Below are positions 10,545 through 22,216 of a stretch of 64,000 nucleotides of DNA, one piece after another. A program made the position numbers and the translations under genes. Under the pieces are notes generated by a model. It was not told where the DNA came from and searched no databases. It saw nothing but the letters and a program-made list of their open reading frames with translations. Where the stretch lies: assembly GCA_963749155.1 (NCBI GenBank), contig CAVVLO010000004.1, forward strand, positions 64,001 to 128,000, written 5' to 3'. Each line of letters opens with the position of its first letter. Positions within the stretch are counted from its first letter, which is position 1. The stretch comes from an uncultured Armatimonadia bacterium (GTDB taxonomy: Bacteria; Armatimonadota; Zipacnadia; CAVVLO01).

Positions 10545-12719
10545 TTGGCCGTTAGCGCCAGTTCATCGAAGACTACATAATCGTTATCGCCCACTGGCTG
10601 ATCGGGCGAGAGCAGTCGCACGATGAGCTCGCCGTTCTCATCCGCGCGACCGGTTACGACTATCCGGTTCCAGTCGCCTGAACGATCGCCCCAACCGGTG
10701 ATATGCTGCCTGGTTGCCGGTTGTTCGAGTTCGAGGGCGTAATCCATCACCCGCCCGGAGGCCTTGGCCCAGCCCGAGAAGGTATAACTGCCCCCTGGCA
10801 CGAGATTTGTAATCTCCTTCCACAGGGTGCAACCACAGCCGCAAGGCAGCAGGCCGGGCACGGCCAGAGAACTGCGTCCGGCCTCTTGCATCAGGGTGAC
10901 AAGGCCGCTGCGTTGCCAGCCCGCGAGGCGTCCGCCCTCGAAGGAGAGCGCCCGCTGCTCTACAAGGCGACTGCCAGGCCATCCAAATTCCACATAAAGC
11001 AGACTGTGACCTGGCAGGGAGAACCTCAGCGTGGCGATACCTGCTGCCGAATCCACCTCATACGAGCCGGAAGTGACCATCAACTCGGCCGCGTCCTGGT
11101 ATTCAGCGCGCTTCTCGGCCCATTTGCCGTATTCCTCGGGGGCAAGAGTCGCAGTGATGGTATTCATCCAGGGCGCCCAGTCAGGCTTGTAGACCTGGTT
11201 GGTGCCGTAGATGAGGCGCTCTGGATAACCCAAGCCGGTTTCCTCGCGACAGGCCACCCAGTCAGCCCACCAGTTGTTGTGGTCGGCGTCTGTGAGGTAT
11301 TCTGTGACACTCAGCCTGGCGCCTTCCGGCAGGCCGTGAAGGGTAACTTCAACCTCTTCAGGAACACTCTCGTCCAGCTTCTCGCTGAAGTTTACCAGCA
11401 CCAGCCTGTGGGTGTTGAGAGGGTCATCGGCGCTCGCGGCGACCAGGCGTACCTCGTTATCAGGATCTACTTCTTCGCCGGACTTCAACACTGGCAGTTG
11501 GCGTTCGCCGGCGAGCTTCTGCTGGACACGGATCGCGTTGAAGAGAGGCGGTTTGATGGAGTCATCCCAGCTATATTCCATATCGCCAACCGACAGGGCG
11601 TACCGGTTGAAGGCCCAGGTAAGGCGCGGACAGGTGGCATAAGCCATCAAACGCAAGCCGTAGAGAGCTGCGCCGCGACTATCGGCGTAACTGACTGGCG
11701 CCGGGAAGGCCCCTCCCTGGGGATCGATGTAGCCGGCCTCGGGCAGGGCGACTTCCAGCCTGCGCAGCTCGGGATACTGGGCCAGGAGATTCTCGAGGTA
11801 GTTGTACCGGTAAGGCAGTCCTGCGATATAGCCCCACTCATCGCGCTTGTTGCGCCCCTCTGGGTCGAAGGGATTCCAGGCGAATTTGCCAACATGAGTC
11901 CAGTCGGACAGGCCGCAAAAGCCGATGCGTGTGCCCCGCAGGCCGGTGGCGTAGTTGGTTCCACGCGCCCAATGCTCGAAATACATCGCAGCCTGGGTCT
12001 CCATCGCAAAGTAGCAGCCCACATAGACTGTCGGCCCGAGTTTGGCCTCGCAGGCAGCGTGGAAGTAATCGAGCTGCCTGATAAACTCGCGCCGGTTGTC
12101 CTCCCAGTTCATCTCGGTGTCGGTGCCGGGGTAGACGGCCTTCGCCTGCCAGTCAGCCTCGATGCCATACATAAAGCCCCAGTGCTTTACTTCCTCGCGG
12201 CCATACTGGTCTATCAGCCACTGGAGCATTGATTCGAGGTAGAAGCGCCAGGCCTCATAGTCTTTCGGCTGGCGGATGTTGTAACCGTAAGTGCCAAGCG
12301 TCTGACCGCCCTCGATGAGCGGAGCGGGCATCGTGTTGGGACCGCAGACGACTAGAGGGCGCGCCCCTCCCCGCAGAGGCCCAGTTTTCGATGGCGGTAA
12401 GGGTGCCAGGATCGGGCTTGAAGACATACCGGCCCTCGGAATCCACCCGGTAGCGATTCTCCGGACTGGAAAGGCCATACCAGTCGGCCATACGCCGTGA
12501 TGACGCCCTCTTCGCGCTCGATGACCCAGTTATCAGGAGGGGGGCCGCCTCATCGAACCGAAAAGCTCCAACCGCCCAGGTGTTGTCCACGAGGCGGAAG
12601 ATACGATTGCCGTCGACCTGGCCGGTCAGGTCCACCTCGAAGCGCAAGGGCCCTTCCTGCTGCGCCCAACCGCGGGCGAGCAGAAAGCCAAGCAAGAGGG
12701 CAAGCAAGGCAACTCTCAT
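10541..12719 (-). CDS. GH39-like glycoside hydrolase with C-terminal CBM4/9-like domain (frameshifted near 12300-12550)
   Basis: WLIDQYGREEVKHWGF..GIEAD resembles the GH39 RYG.EEV..W.FEVWNEPD region. Putative nucleophile ALPEAG, TDADHNN, and C-terminal SFEGG..GW/YTFSGWAK. The signal peptide is in ORF 12255..12725. Confidence 0.65.
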
Positions 12720-12764
12720 AACCAAGATGATAGCAGGAAAAGGGGCAAGGAGGTTCGTGCAGCC

Positions 12765-12791
12765 GCAGGAAGCTTCGCTGGGGTGCAGAAG
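12765..12791 (+). promoter_or_regulatory. SigH-like promoter motif
   Basis: GCAGGA-N17-GAAG, 45 nt upstream of the ATG at 12836. Confidence 0.6.
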
Positions 12792-12835
12792 TCGGGCGCA
12801 ACCGGAGGCAGCGCCTCCGAGGAGGCGAGGAGCAG

Positions 12836-14875
12836 ATGGCGAAGGCGGTCTTGTTCGATGGTGCGGCGGTCGAGGCGTTGAGGCAGCGGGCTGAGCGGTT
12901 TCCAGAGGTCAGAGAGGGCGCGCGGGCGCTGGTTGACCAGGCAGAACGCTTGCTGGATGAGGCTTGCTACTCCGAGCAAGAGGCGCGGGGCGGCATCACT
13001 CAGCATGGCGCCTATCTGACTCAGAGCCATAGCTTCGCGCGCAGCGTCTGCGCGTTGAGTCTGGCCTACGCTCTCACAGGGCGCGAAGAGTTTGCCGCCA
13101 AGGCAATCGAAGCGATGGAGCACTACTACCAGCTTCGAGGTGTGGTGCGGGCCGGCCTTCCTCACCTGGAGCCCTCCCTGGCACTCGGAACTGGCCACCG
13201 CGGCCTTCCTCGAAGGATACGCTTTCGCCTTGCCGGTGCTAGGGAAAGGCTTACGCCAGAGCAGCAGCACAGCCTTGCCGAAGCCATCTGGCGACTGGGC
13301 ATCGAACCGATCTGGCGAGATTGGCTGGAGCCTGGCCGGCGTATCCACGCTCTCGACTCGATGGGCCACAACTGGTGGGCGGTCTGCGTGGGCGCAGCGG
13401 GAGTGGCAGCTCTCGCGCTTGAAGACACGCTACCAGAAGCCCATCAGGTGGCAGAAGCCGCGGCAAAAGGCCTGCGTCAGTGGGAGGCCTTCCCCGGCTC
13501 CGATACCCAGAACAAGCCGCCCAACTACGATGAACACGGCGGTTTCTGGGAAGGCGTCGGCTATTCGAATTATTCGCTGTTGCACTGTTTCCTCTTCGCC
13601 GAGGCCTGGCGAAGCGCGCGGGGAGAGACGCTGGGGCTTGACCTGTCTGCGCACGGCGGAGAGTTCTTCCTCCACACGGCCTATCCAACCGGCGAAGGCT
13701 TGCACACGGTGGACTTTGGAGATCATCATTTTGCGCATCCCGCGGGCGCGCCGGTCGTGGCGTGGCTTGCCAGAGAGACTCAGGACGCGCGGCTGGCCTG
13801 GTACTGGCAGCAGGCGGGCTACAAGCTGGATTCCGCTTACACGCTGCTCTACTGGGACCCGGAGCTTGAACCGAAGGCCCCCGAACCCCAGTCGCTGGTC
13901 TTCCCGGCGGCAGGCTGGGCGGTGCGACGAGACTCCTTCGAGCCCGACTCTACCCTCTGGGCGGTGAAGTGCGGCTCCTCCTGGAACCATGCGCACTCGG
14001 ATGCGGGGCATTTTAGCCTCTTCCACCGGGGCAAACGGCTGCTCGCGGACAGCGGCAGTTGCACCTATTCGCATCCCGCTTATAGAGAGTACTACCTGCA
14101 CAGCCAGGCGCATAACGTGCTGCTGGTCGACGGCGAAGGCCAGCCCCAGGAGGACGTCTATCGGGGCACCCATCTGCTGGGGCGGCTTTCTCCCTTTGTG
14201 GAGGGCCAGATGGTCGCCTATCTGCGAGCCGAGTGCGCGGGGCCTTATGCCAGCACCTGCCAGCGATATTATCGGCATTTCCTCTGGCTCGGTAGTGAGC
14301 TGCTGGTGGTGGATGACGTCATCACCTGGCAGGCGGCGAGGCCGACCTGGTTACTGCATTCCGAGGGTGAGCTGGAAGAGCTTGCCGAGGGGCGTTATCT
14401 GCTGCGCGCGGGCGAGGCGGCCTGCCTGGTAGAGCTGGCCTTCCCGCTTGCCGAGGTAGAACAGCGGCTTGGTCATCCCCCAGGTGAGCCGGACATCGAC
14501 TGGCCATACTGGGCCTTCCTGAGTGCGGAGGAGGCGACCCACCACAAGTTGATTGCCCGCATCGTGCCACTTGAAGGGACAGAACCGAATGCAGCGGCTC
14601 GGATGCTATCTGGCGAGGGCTGGCTGGGGCTGGAAGCGGAGAGTTATCGGCTGTTCGTAAATCGCCTTGCCGACACCACGCGGGTGCATCAGAACAGCAA
14701 CAACGCCTTTGGCGGGTATGAGACTGACGCTCTGCTGCTGCTGGAGAGCCCCGAAGAGCTGATGATGGTAGATGGCAGTTACCTCAGGAGGGGCGGCAAG
14801 AGCCTCTATGAGGGGCTTGCAAAGGGCGATCGTGGTGGTGCTCGGAGAGGACTGACGAAAACCGCCTTGGTGTGA
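12836..14875 (+). CDS. Heparinase II/III-family polysaccharide lyase-like protein
   Basis: HNWWAV, GGFWEGVGYSNY, DFGD, HAHSDAGHF, AHNVLLVDG. A compensating frameshift pair near 13130-13250 is likely, since the alternative frame reads WHSELATAAFLEGYA. Confidence 0.85.
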   Translation: MAKAVLFDGAAVEALRQRAERFPEVREGARALVDQAERLLDEACYSEQEARGGITQHGAYLTQSHSFARSVCALSLAYALTGREEFAAKAIEAMEHYYQLRGVVRAGLPHLEPSLALGTGHRGLPRRIRFRLAGARERLTPEQQHSLAEAIWRLGIEPIWRDWLEPGRRIHALDSMGHNWWAVCVGAAGVAALALEDTLPEAHQVAEAAAKGLRQWEAFPGSDTQNKPPNYDEHGGFWEGVGYSNYSLLHCFLFAEAWRSARGETLGLDLSAHGGEFFLHTAYPTGEGLHTVDFGDHHFAHPAGAPVVAWLARETQDARLAWYWQQAGYKLDSAYTLLYWDPELEPKAPEPQSLVFPAAGWAVRRDSFEPDSTLWAVKCGSSWNHAHSDAGHFSLFHRGKRLLADSGSCTYSHPAYREYYLHSQAHNVLLVDGEGQPQEDVYRGTHLLGRLSPFVEGQMVAYLRAECAGPYASTCQRYYRHFLWLGSELLVVDDVITWQAARPTWLLHSEGELEELAEGRYLLRAGEAACLVELAFPLAEVEQRLGHPPGEPDIDWPYWAFLSAEEATHHKLIARIVPLEGTEPNAAARMLSGEGWLGLEAESYRLFVNRLADTTRVHQNSNNAFGGYETDALLLLESPEELMMVDGSYLRRGGKSLYEGLAKGDRGGARRGLTKTALV

Positions 14876-14916
14876 AATAATGAAAGCGTAATCTCGTCCA
14901 CTGCGGCAAGTCTGGA

Positions 14917-16649
14917 GTGACCACTGTGAAAGCACGAAAAGCAGTCCACTCTACCAAACATGCGCCCAGGCCTGATGTCCCGAAACTGGCAACTCTTGCC
15001 GGCCTCATCGTGATCGTGCTGATGTTTGCTGGCTTGTCAGGCTATCCGCTGTTCGACCCCGACGAAGGGCGTTATGCTGCCATCGCACAGAACATCGTGA
15101 ACACGGGTGACTGGGTGACGCTGCGCCTGGGCAATGCGCCTTACCTCGACAAACCACCGCTGGCGCACTGGATGATGGCGCTCAGCCTTATGACTTGCGG
15201 CCGTCACGAGTGGGCCTTCCGGCTGGTGCCGGCCCTTTGGGGCCTGATGGGAATGGTTGTTGCCTGGTGGCTTGCCTCGCTCATCCTGCCCCCTGGCCCG
15301 CGTCGTTGGACCGCCGTCGTGATGGCGACGACAGTGGAATATCTCGCCCTGGCGCGCTTCCCACTCACCGATATGGTGCTCTCGACGCTCATCGCGGCGA
15401 AACTTACCGCCTGGCATGCCTCCTGGCTCCAACCTCGGCGAAGGTGGGGCTGGTTGCTGCTTTCAGGTGTGGCGCTGGGGCTGGCGCTTGCTGACCAAAG
15501 GGCCCATCGCGGCCTTTCTGCTGGTCGCCATCGCGGGCTTGCACCTGCTGTGGACGAAGCGACTGCTGCAGGGGATCCTGCCGGGCCTCTTCGTGCTGCT
15601 GGTCGGTTGCGCGCTGGCGGCGCCGTGGTATATCGCGGTGCAGAAAGCCAACCCTGATTTCAACCACTATTTCTTCGTGGTCCAGCATCTGCAGCGCTTT
15701 TCGGGCAGCGGGATGGACGCCCACCAGGCGCCCTTCTGGTATTTCCTGGTTATGGTGCCGGTCGGCTTTGCTCTGTGGGCGTTGCTCTGGCCGGCCGCGC
15801 TATCGCGCGTGGGCAAGAAGTGGCGCGAACTGGATGCCGAGAGCCGGGACGCGGCCAAACTGCTCATCGTGTGGGCTGGGGTGGTTTTCGTCTTTTTCAG
15901 CGCTTCCTCGTCCAAACTGCCGACCTATGTGCTGCCGATGTGGTGGCCGCTGGCGGTCGGGACGGCGGTTACGGGCTGGAACGCCTTCAGCCGCGAACGT
16001 CTCTCCAGCACTGTGAAAGCGCCCCTCTACTTTGTCGGGCTGATCATAATCCTGCTGGGTATCGCCATGTTCGTCTACTCGGGCAAGCAGGAATACCTTC
16101 CCCTAGCGCTGGCTCAGGGGCCAATGCAGTTGACAGGGGCGCTCTGGCTGCTCGCCGGGCTTGGTCTCTGGTTGCTGCCCGCGCGGCTTAGAGGGGCGGA
16201 CAAGCGCTTCCTCGCGGTCAGTCTGATCGCCGTATTGTGGTTCGTCGGATTGCTACCCACCTTCTTCACCTACGCTCGCTACCAGGGCGTCGGGGGGTTG
16301 CTGCCGTCGCAACTGATGGGGCCGCTGGACAGGCAAGGCTGGCAGATTGCCCAATACAAGTGCTTCAACCAGTCGCTCGAGTTCTATACGATGGCGCGCG
16401 TGAAGCTTATCGACAACGAAGGCCAGGCGGTAAGTTCCGGGGAACGGACCGATACCGAGTGGTTCCTGAAGGGCGAAGCCAGTATTGACAAGTTGTCGGC
16501 CGGCCGGGCCTCTTGCGCTGGTGACGAAAGACGATCTTGCAGACCGCATCGCCGAAGGCCACAAACTGACTGTATGGAAGAAGAACGCTAACCGGGCGCT
16601 GCTGCTCAATGAGGCAGCGAGAACGCTTATTCCATCGCCCAGTCCCTAG
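14917..16649 (+). CDS. ArnT/PMT-type (GT-C) membrane glycosyltransferase (frameshifted near 15490 and 16510)
   Basis: LFDPDEGRYA, YLDKPPL, AFRL, LTKGP, APWY, HQAPFWYF, SKLPTYVLP and many TM segments. The corrected frame ends at TAG 16647-16649. Confidence 0.85.
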
Positions 16650-16654
16650 CCAGG

Positions 16655-16681
16655 GCAGGACGAGTGGTAATAACAGAGAAA
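16655..16681 (+). promoter_or_regulatory. SigH-like promoter motif
   Basis: GCAGGA-N17-GAAA upstream of the ATG at 16739. Confidence 0.55.
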
Positions 16682-16682
16682 C

Positions 16683-16714
16683 AAGCAGGGGAAGCCGGCT
16701 GGCTTCTCCTGCTT
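16683..16714 (+). other. Stem-loop between the arnT-like gene and the next gene
   Basis: AAGCAGGGGAAGCC-GGCT-GGCTTCTCCTGCTT. Confidence 0.6.
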
Positions 16715-16738
16715 CACTGTTTATGGGAGGGGTTCAGG

Positions 16739-19700
16739 ATGCGCGTAACCGCCCTGATTTTCATTGTTTACCTGTTTCTGAGCGCTGCCTGGGCGCAAGA
16801 CCTGAGAGGGCTGCGCGCGGTGCGCTCTGACGGGCAGCTCCTGATCGGCAACAACTACTGCCCGGATCGCCCTCAGCGAGACCACGGGCGAGTTACTTTT
16901 CCTCGACCCAGGCGAGATTATGCTTGCTGGCCCCTGGTTCGAGGTAGTCATCGAGGACCGCGCTGGCCTGGAGCCCTGGGAAACCTGGAAGCACGGAGAA
17001 GAAACCCGCTATACCGGCGGGCCGATGACCTCGACACTAATCGCTGATGAATTATCAGCCAGAGCAACGCTTGTCTACACGCTACCCAAAGGACTCAGGC
17101 TGGTAGCCCGGTTTGAGCTTACGCCCGAGGACCTGGGCCCCAAGGTTTGGCTTACAATCAGCAACACGACAGGTTCGGCACTGGTGGACGAGATATCAAT
17201 AAAGCTGACAGGCGTAACCCTGGGCGAGCCGCAGGACGACTGGTTCACCTGGCCGCACACGCTGGGGGCGCGCTTCAGGGCCCAAGGGTTTGAGCCTGGC
17301 CAAAAGGTGGAAGGCGACTATCCAGGCTTCCTCTATATGCAGTGGCTGGACCTGTTTGATGAGGACAAGGGACTCTACCTCGGGTGCCTGGATGATTATG
17401 GCTACAGCAAGCGACTTTTCGCAGGGCGTGATGAGAAAGGGCAGTCTTGCTTCGGCGTCAAGTTCATCGGTTGCTGGATTGCCAAGGAAGGGGACATCTG
17501 GACAACCCCGCCAGTTCAACTTGCCGGGCATCTGGGTGACTGGCACAAGGGGGCTGACCTTTATCGGCCTTTTGCAGAACATGCTTTTGGGCCACTTGAC
17601 CCGCCCGAGAAGGTCTGGGAGCGTCCTACCGCGCAGTGCTGGCTCGCCCATCATGCGAAGGATGCGGACCTGGGCAAGCTGTTCGAGATCCAGCAACAGG
17701 CGCCTATCCATGCCTCCTACATAATGAAGTCGCTCAACACCTCGGTGCCCGAGGGCTGGGACGGGATGCGCGGTTCAGCGTTGGATTACCGCCAGGGATT
17801 CGACCGGGTGAAGGAGCTGGGTGGCTCCGCCGCCCTTTTCACCTTCGACAGGGCGCCTCTGATGGGTAAACCCAACTACGCGGACTATGTCCAGGACTGG
17901 ATTTGTCAGCGGCGAGATGGCAGCTTCAATGAAGGCTTCCGCGATATGATGCCCTCGCCCTTCTCCCAGACCCTTGTGGGAGGCGCGAGTGGGTGAAGCG
18001 GTGCGCTGGGTGCGCGAGTTCGGGCTGGACGAGATCCACTTCGACACGGCTGCCACTACGGGGCCGGATCTGTTCGCCGGGCCTTCTTATGCGCCTGGCT
18101 TCGAGCAGCGACCCAATGAGGTGCCCCACTACTTCAAAGCGCTCTACGGCGCCATCCGGGACTCTTGCAGAGCCTGGCGACCTGATTTCATCTTGCGGGC
18201 CGAACACTGCGCGGATTTCTTCTATCCGGAGTTCCTGACCTCTACGGCCCATTACTTCGAGACGGGCACTCTGGTGAAGGCTCTTGGCGGGCCTGAAGAC
18301 GCCCAACTGCTGCCCCACCTGTTTGGGTATACCTTGCCCAAACATATGGCGTTGCAGATGCCAAGTCAGAGCAACTCGGACTTCTGGACCTATGGCGCAG
18401 GGATGGGCTACGGCTTCCATGGAGGCGGGCCAAGTTGGTGCTTCAATCCTGACGTGCGCGAGGACGAGACCCCAGGGGGCGAGCTACAGCATCGGTACCG
18501 GTTTCTATGATGCCGAATGGCGCCGGTACTGGGATTTCCGGGTTGGCTTCGAGGAGGCGGTTATCAAGGCCACTTCGCGCGATGTCGTGGCCGAATATCA
18601 GGAAGGCGAAACGTGGCTCAAGTGCGACTGGCCTGGGCCGCTTATCGCTGTGACTCATTCAGGCGGGGGCAGAGAGGTAACCCTCGGTCAGTGGTATCAA
18701 AGCGACACTGGTCTGTATGGCGCCAGGTTCGCGCAGCCAGGTGAGGCGCATCCGGTGAAGCTGCGCGTGCCGACGAAGCTGACCGCTCCCCAGGTGCGTC
18801 TATTCGGCGAGACCGGCGAGGTTTTGATTAAGCCGACGGTCGAGGGTGGGTACGTCTATTGCGAAATTGCCAATCCCAACTGCTTCGCACTGGAGGTATT
18901 CGAAGGGCCGGCGGTGACCTTGATTGCACCCGAACTTGCAGTACCAGGGCAAGAAGCGACGCTGAAGCTTGTAGTGGACCAGCCGCAGCCCGTCGAGAGC
19001 AACGTCGAGGTGCTTCTGCCAGCTGGCTGGGGCGAACTTGCGCCCATCATCGTGCCGGCTCAGGCCCATTTCGAGGCGCAGGTGCAGGTGAGCGTGCCGG
19101 CTGATATCTTCGGGCGCAACTATGAGTTGAAGGCCGTGCTGCGGCGCGGCGAGTTCGAGCGCACGACGGCGGCGCATCTTAAAGTGATGGAGCCGTTAAC
19201 TGGGCTTTACAGCTTCCAGCAGGCAGAGGGCCCCCTTGGCTACGTCACGCCTGGCAAGCGCGCGCGGCTGACGGTGACCTGCGTGAATAACACTCCCCTG
19301 CCGATTGACGCGACGGTGAAGGTTGAAGGAGGCCCTGCTGGCAGCAAGCAGTTGCAGCTTGCGGCCCTCCCAACGAGCGACCTTGGCAACCTCGAGACGG
19401 CTTTCGGGAAATGGGCGGACGGAGCAGGGCCGGTCACACCCCAGGTTGGCCAGGCGGTCTTTGAGTGGGACTGCGCTGGTGTGCAGGTCGCGCCAGTTCA
19501 AAGTCTCCGTGACTGCCGGCGGCAAGGAGCTGTTCGCAAGTGAAGTCTTCCCCCGCACGCGGTTGATGGACCTCGCCGGCGACTGGCGCACGAGCCTGGT
19601 GCCGGTGAGTCGCGCAGGCGTAGGCGGCGCTGAAGAGAACGACGCTCTGCGCTCCTCGGAGCTTACTCCTGATGTCTGGGATGGCAACTGGCAGGTACGG

Positions 19701-20521
19701 CAGGCTCCCTTCCAGCTCGGTGAGGACGAGAGGCGCGAAGCCGGCTGGGGCCTCTATCGCAAACTCGTCTGGCTCCCTCCCGAGTGGCAGGGAGCTGACC
19801 TCTGGCTGCGGTTGCCAAGCACCGGCGGGCCGTGGGGTTTGGGGGGCACGCTCAATCTGGTCTACCTCAACGGCTGGCCCGCCGGGCGGGTCAGCTGGAC
19901 TGGCGAGGTGAAAATCTCACCTTTCTGCGTGTTTGGCGGATGGAATCTTGTCGGCATCGCCTCCCTGGCTCCAAACAGGCTGGATGCGCCCTATCTGTTT
20001 GTCCGGGAGGCGCCAGCGCCTGACAGGCTGAAACTGGCCGAAGCAAGGCCTGTGCCTCAAGGGGCCTTCCTGGAGCTGGGACGGCGACCGACCGGGCAGG
20101 GGCTGGGACAGGTATTTATGCGCGGAGTGCCGGAGGCAGGTTATATTCGGACCGAGGTAGCCGAGGGTGGAGAGAAGCGCTTCCTCTACTTCACCATCGC
20201 GGACGGCTATATGATGGACGTGAAGCAACCTGTCGAGGTGGTGGTGGATTACCTCGACGAGGGCACGGGCAGCTTCAGTATGGCCTATGACTCCTGGGAC
20301 GAGACGGCTGCCATCAAAGGGGCCTTCAAGGATACGCCACCAGTGACCCGGACGGCACCGGCGAGTGGAAGACCCACGTCTTCCGGCTGGAGGATGCCCG
20401 ATTCGCGAACAGAGAGCATCTTGGCGCCGATTTCCGCCTCTTTGCCGAGGGCGAAGAAGACCTGAAAGTGCGCCGAGTAGAAGTTCGTTATGCTTCACCT
20501 TCCGCGCCCGCGGAAGGTTAA
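16739..20521 (+). CDS. Large secreted multidomain putative glycoside hydrolase (DUF6259-like core plus beta-sandwich domains), broken by about 5 frameshifts
   Basis: Overlapping ORFs 16664, 16920, 17974, 18284 and 19323 join into a continuous protein. Motifs YPGFLYMQWLD, GDWHKGADLYR, DEIHFD, LRAEHCAD, and C-terminal VDYLDEG...YDS...GEWKTHVFRLEDARF...ADFRL ending at TAA 20519-20521. Confidence 0.6.
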
Positions 20522-20542
20522 CTGAAGGGAGTTGGCTTTTCG

Positions 20543-22150
20543 ATGAAAGAACTGGTTGTACGCGTTGGAGCGACCTCCGAGGATGCCGATATCTTGCTTT
20601 CGGGCTTCAGGTTCTGCCCTCCGAGGGCGCCTGAGCCCTCAAGACAGGTGCTGAAGGAGTTCCGCTTTCAGGTGCCAAGGGCCGAAAGAGGTGTAACAGA
20701 GGTACATATCGCCCTTCATAGGGCCCTAGAAGGGCTTGGTATTGTCTTTTTTGTGGAAGGTCAGCCGGTAGGCGAGTTGCCTTCCGGTGAGGCGGGCCCG
20801 GCAGAGGTCACCCTCTCCCTTCCGGAGGGCGCCGGCTGGGCGATTATCCAGGGCGTAGTGGCGAAGGACCCGATGATGCCGCCAGTGCGGCCAGTAACAA
20901 TAACTACCCTCACCATACGGCGCTAAAGAAGGCGAGCTTGCCCTTCCGGAAGAGGGCCTCCCAGCGCGCATCGAAAGGGCGCCGCTCAAGGTCATCCCCG
21001 CCTGGCGTTGCTACAACGAGCAACGCAAGTATGCGACACTGCTTGGCCATCGCGTAGACCAGTACCAGTATTCGGGCGAGAAGCAGGTCTACTTCGGCGA
21101 TGTGCACGTGCACACGGAGTATTCAATGTGCGGCTATCCCAACAACGGCAGCATCGAGCACAACGTTGCGGTGGCGAAGGAGCGAGGGCTCGACTTCATC
21201 GCGCTGGCCGACCACGCCGAACATATGGACCTGGCCAAGTGGGAAAGCTATTACAGCGAGATCGAACGCTGCTCGCGCGAATATGAGCTGCCCATCATCC
21301 CGGCCATCGAATGGACGAGTTTCGACTGGGGCCATCGCAACGTCTACTTCAAGGAGAACTTCCCGCCCTATTTCAGCTCGACGACCTTTGATACCAACCA
21401 CCCAAAGAAGCTGAGGCCCTTCTTCGAAGAGAGGGGCGTAGAGGCTTTCGCGGCGGCGCATCATCCAGCCTACATCTCGCACCTGGTGGACTTTGACAGT
21501 ATCGATGACGAGTTCGAGCCTTTGATTGAGATATACTCCACCTGGGGCAACAGCGAGTATTGGGGCGCGCCGCTGCAGGAGAAGGCTCAGACGCTGCCAG
21601 GTTGCTTCGTTCAGGATGCGCTTATGCAAGGGCCACCGACTCGGCTTCGTCGGCGGGGGCGATGTGCACAATACGATGCCTGGCGATGGCGGTCTGACGG
21701 CGGTGCTGGCCGAGGAAGTGCACCGTCCCGGCCCTGTGGGAGGCGATGAAGCAACGCCTGTGCTATGCCGTGGCGCATCAGTCCATCCTTTGTGAGTTCA
21801 CGGTAAATGGCTTCCCGATGGGCAGTGTCATCCGGGTGAATCAGTACAGCCTGGAGAAGCTCTTCCCACTGCGGATTGCAGGCAGTTGCGTTGGCACGGG
21901 GCCCCTCGAGAAGCTGGAAGTGGTCTCAAACGGCGAGGTGCTGTATACCAACCGCAACTGGGAGAAGCTGACTGACGCCTATGTATACGTCGAACTGGAA
22001 AAACTGATGACCCCAGAGCGCCTCGAGAACAAGGCAGGCGTGCATCAGGTGAACTGCCGACGGTATTTCTACCTGCGGGTGACCCAGCGCGACGGGACCG
22101 AGGCCTGGTCGAGCCCGGTCTTCATCGACTACAGACCCGAATGGGCGTAA
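20543..22150 (+). CDS. PHP-domain metallohydrolase (CehA/McbA / DUF3604-like), frameshifted
   Basis: YFGDVHVHTEYS, GLDFIALADH, EWTSFDWGHRNV, HHP, EIYSTWG, GFVGGGDVH, C-terminal YFYLRVTQRDGTEAWSSPVF. Confidence 0.8.
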
Positions 22151-22174
22151 GAGGGTAAAAAAGGCCACTAGAAG

Positions 22175-22210
22175 AGGGAGGCGGCCTTTCGGGGTCGCCT
22201 CCCTTGTTTT
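22175..22210 (+). terminator. Rho-independent terminator between convergent genes
   Basis: AGGGAGGCGGCC-TTTCGG-GGTCGCCTCCCT followed by TGTTTT. Confidence 0.75.
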
Positions 22211-22216
22211 GGCTTT

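Noticed and set aside
12750..12780. SigH-like motif for the leftward GH39-like gene
   Set aside because: A GAAC is present on the minus strand but there is no GCAGG at the 17-nt spacing.
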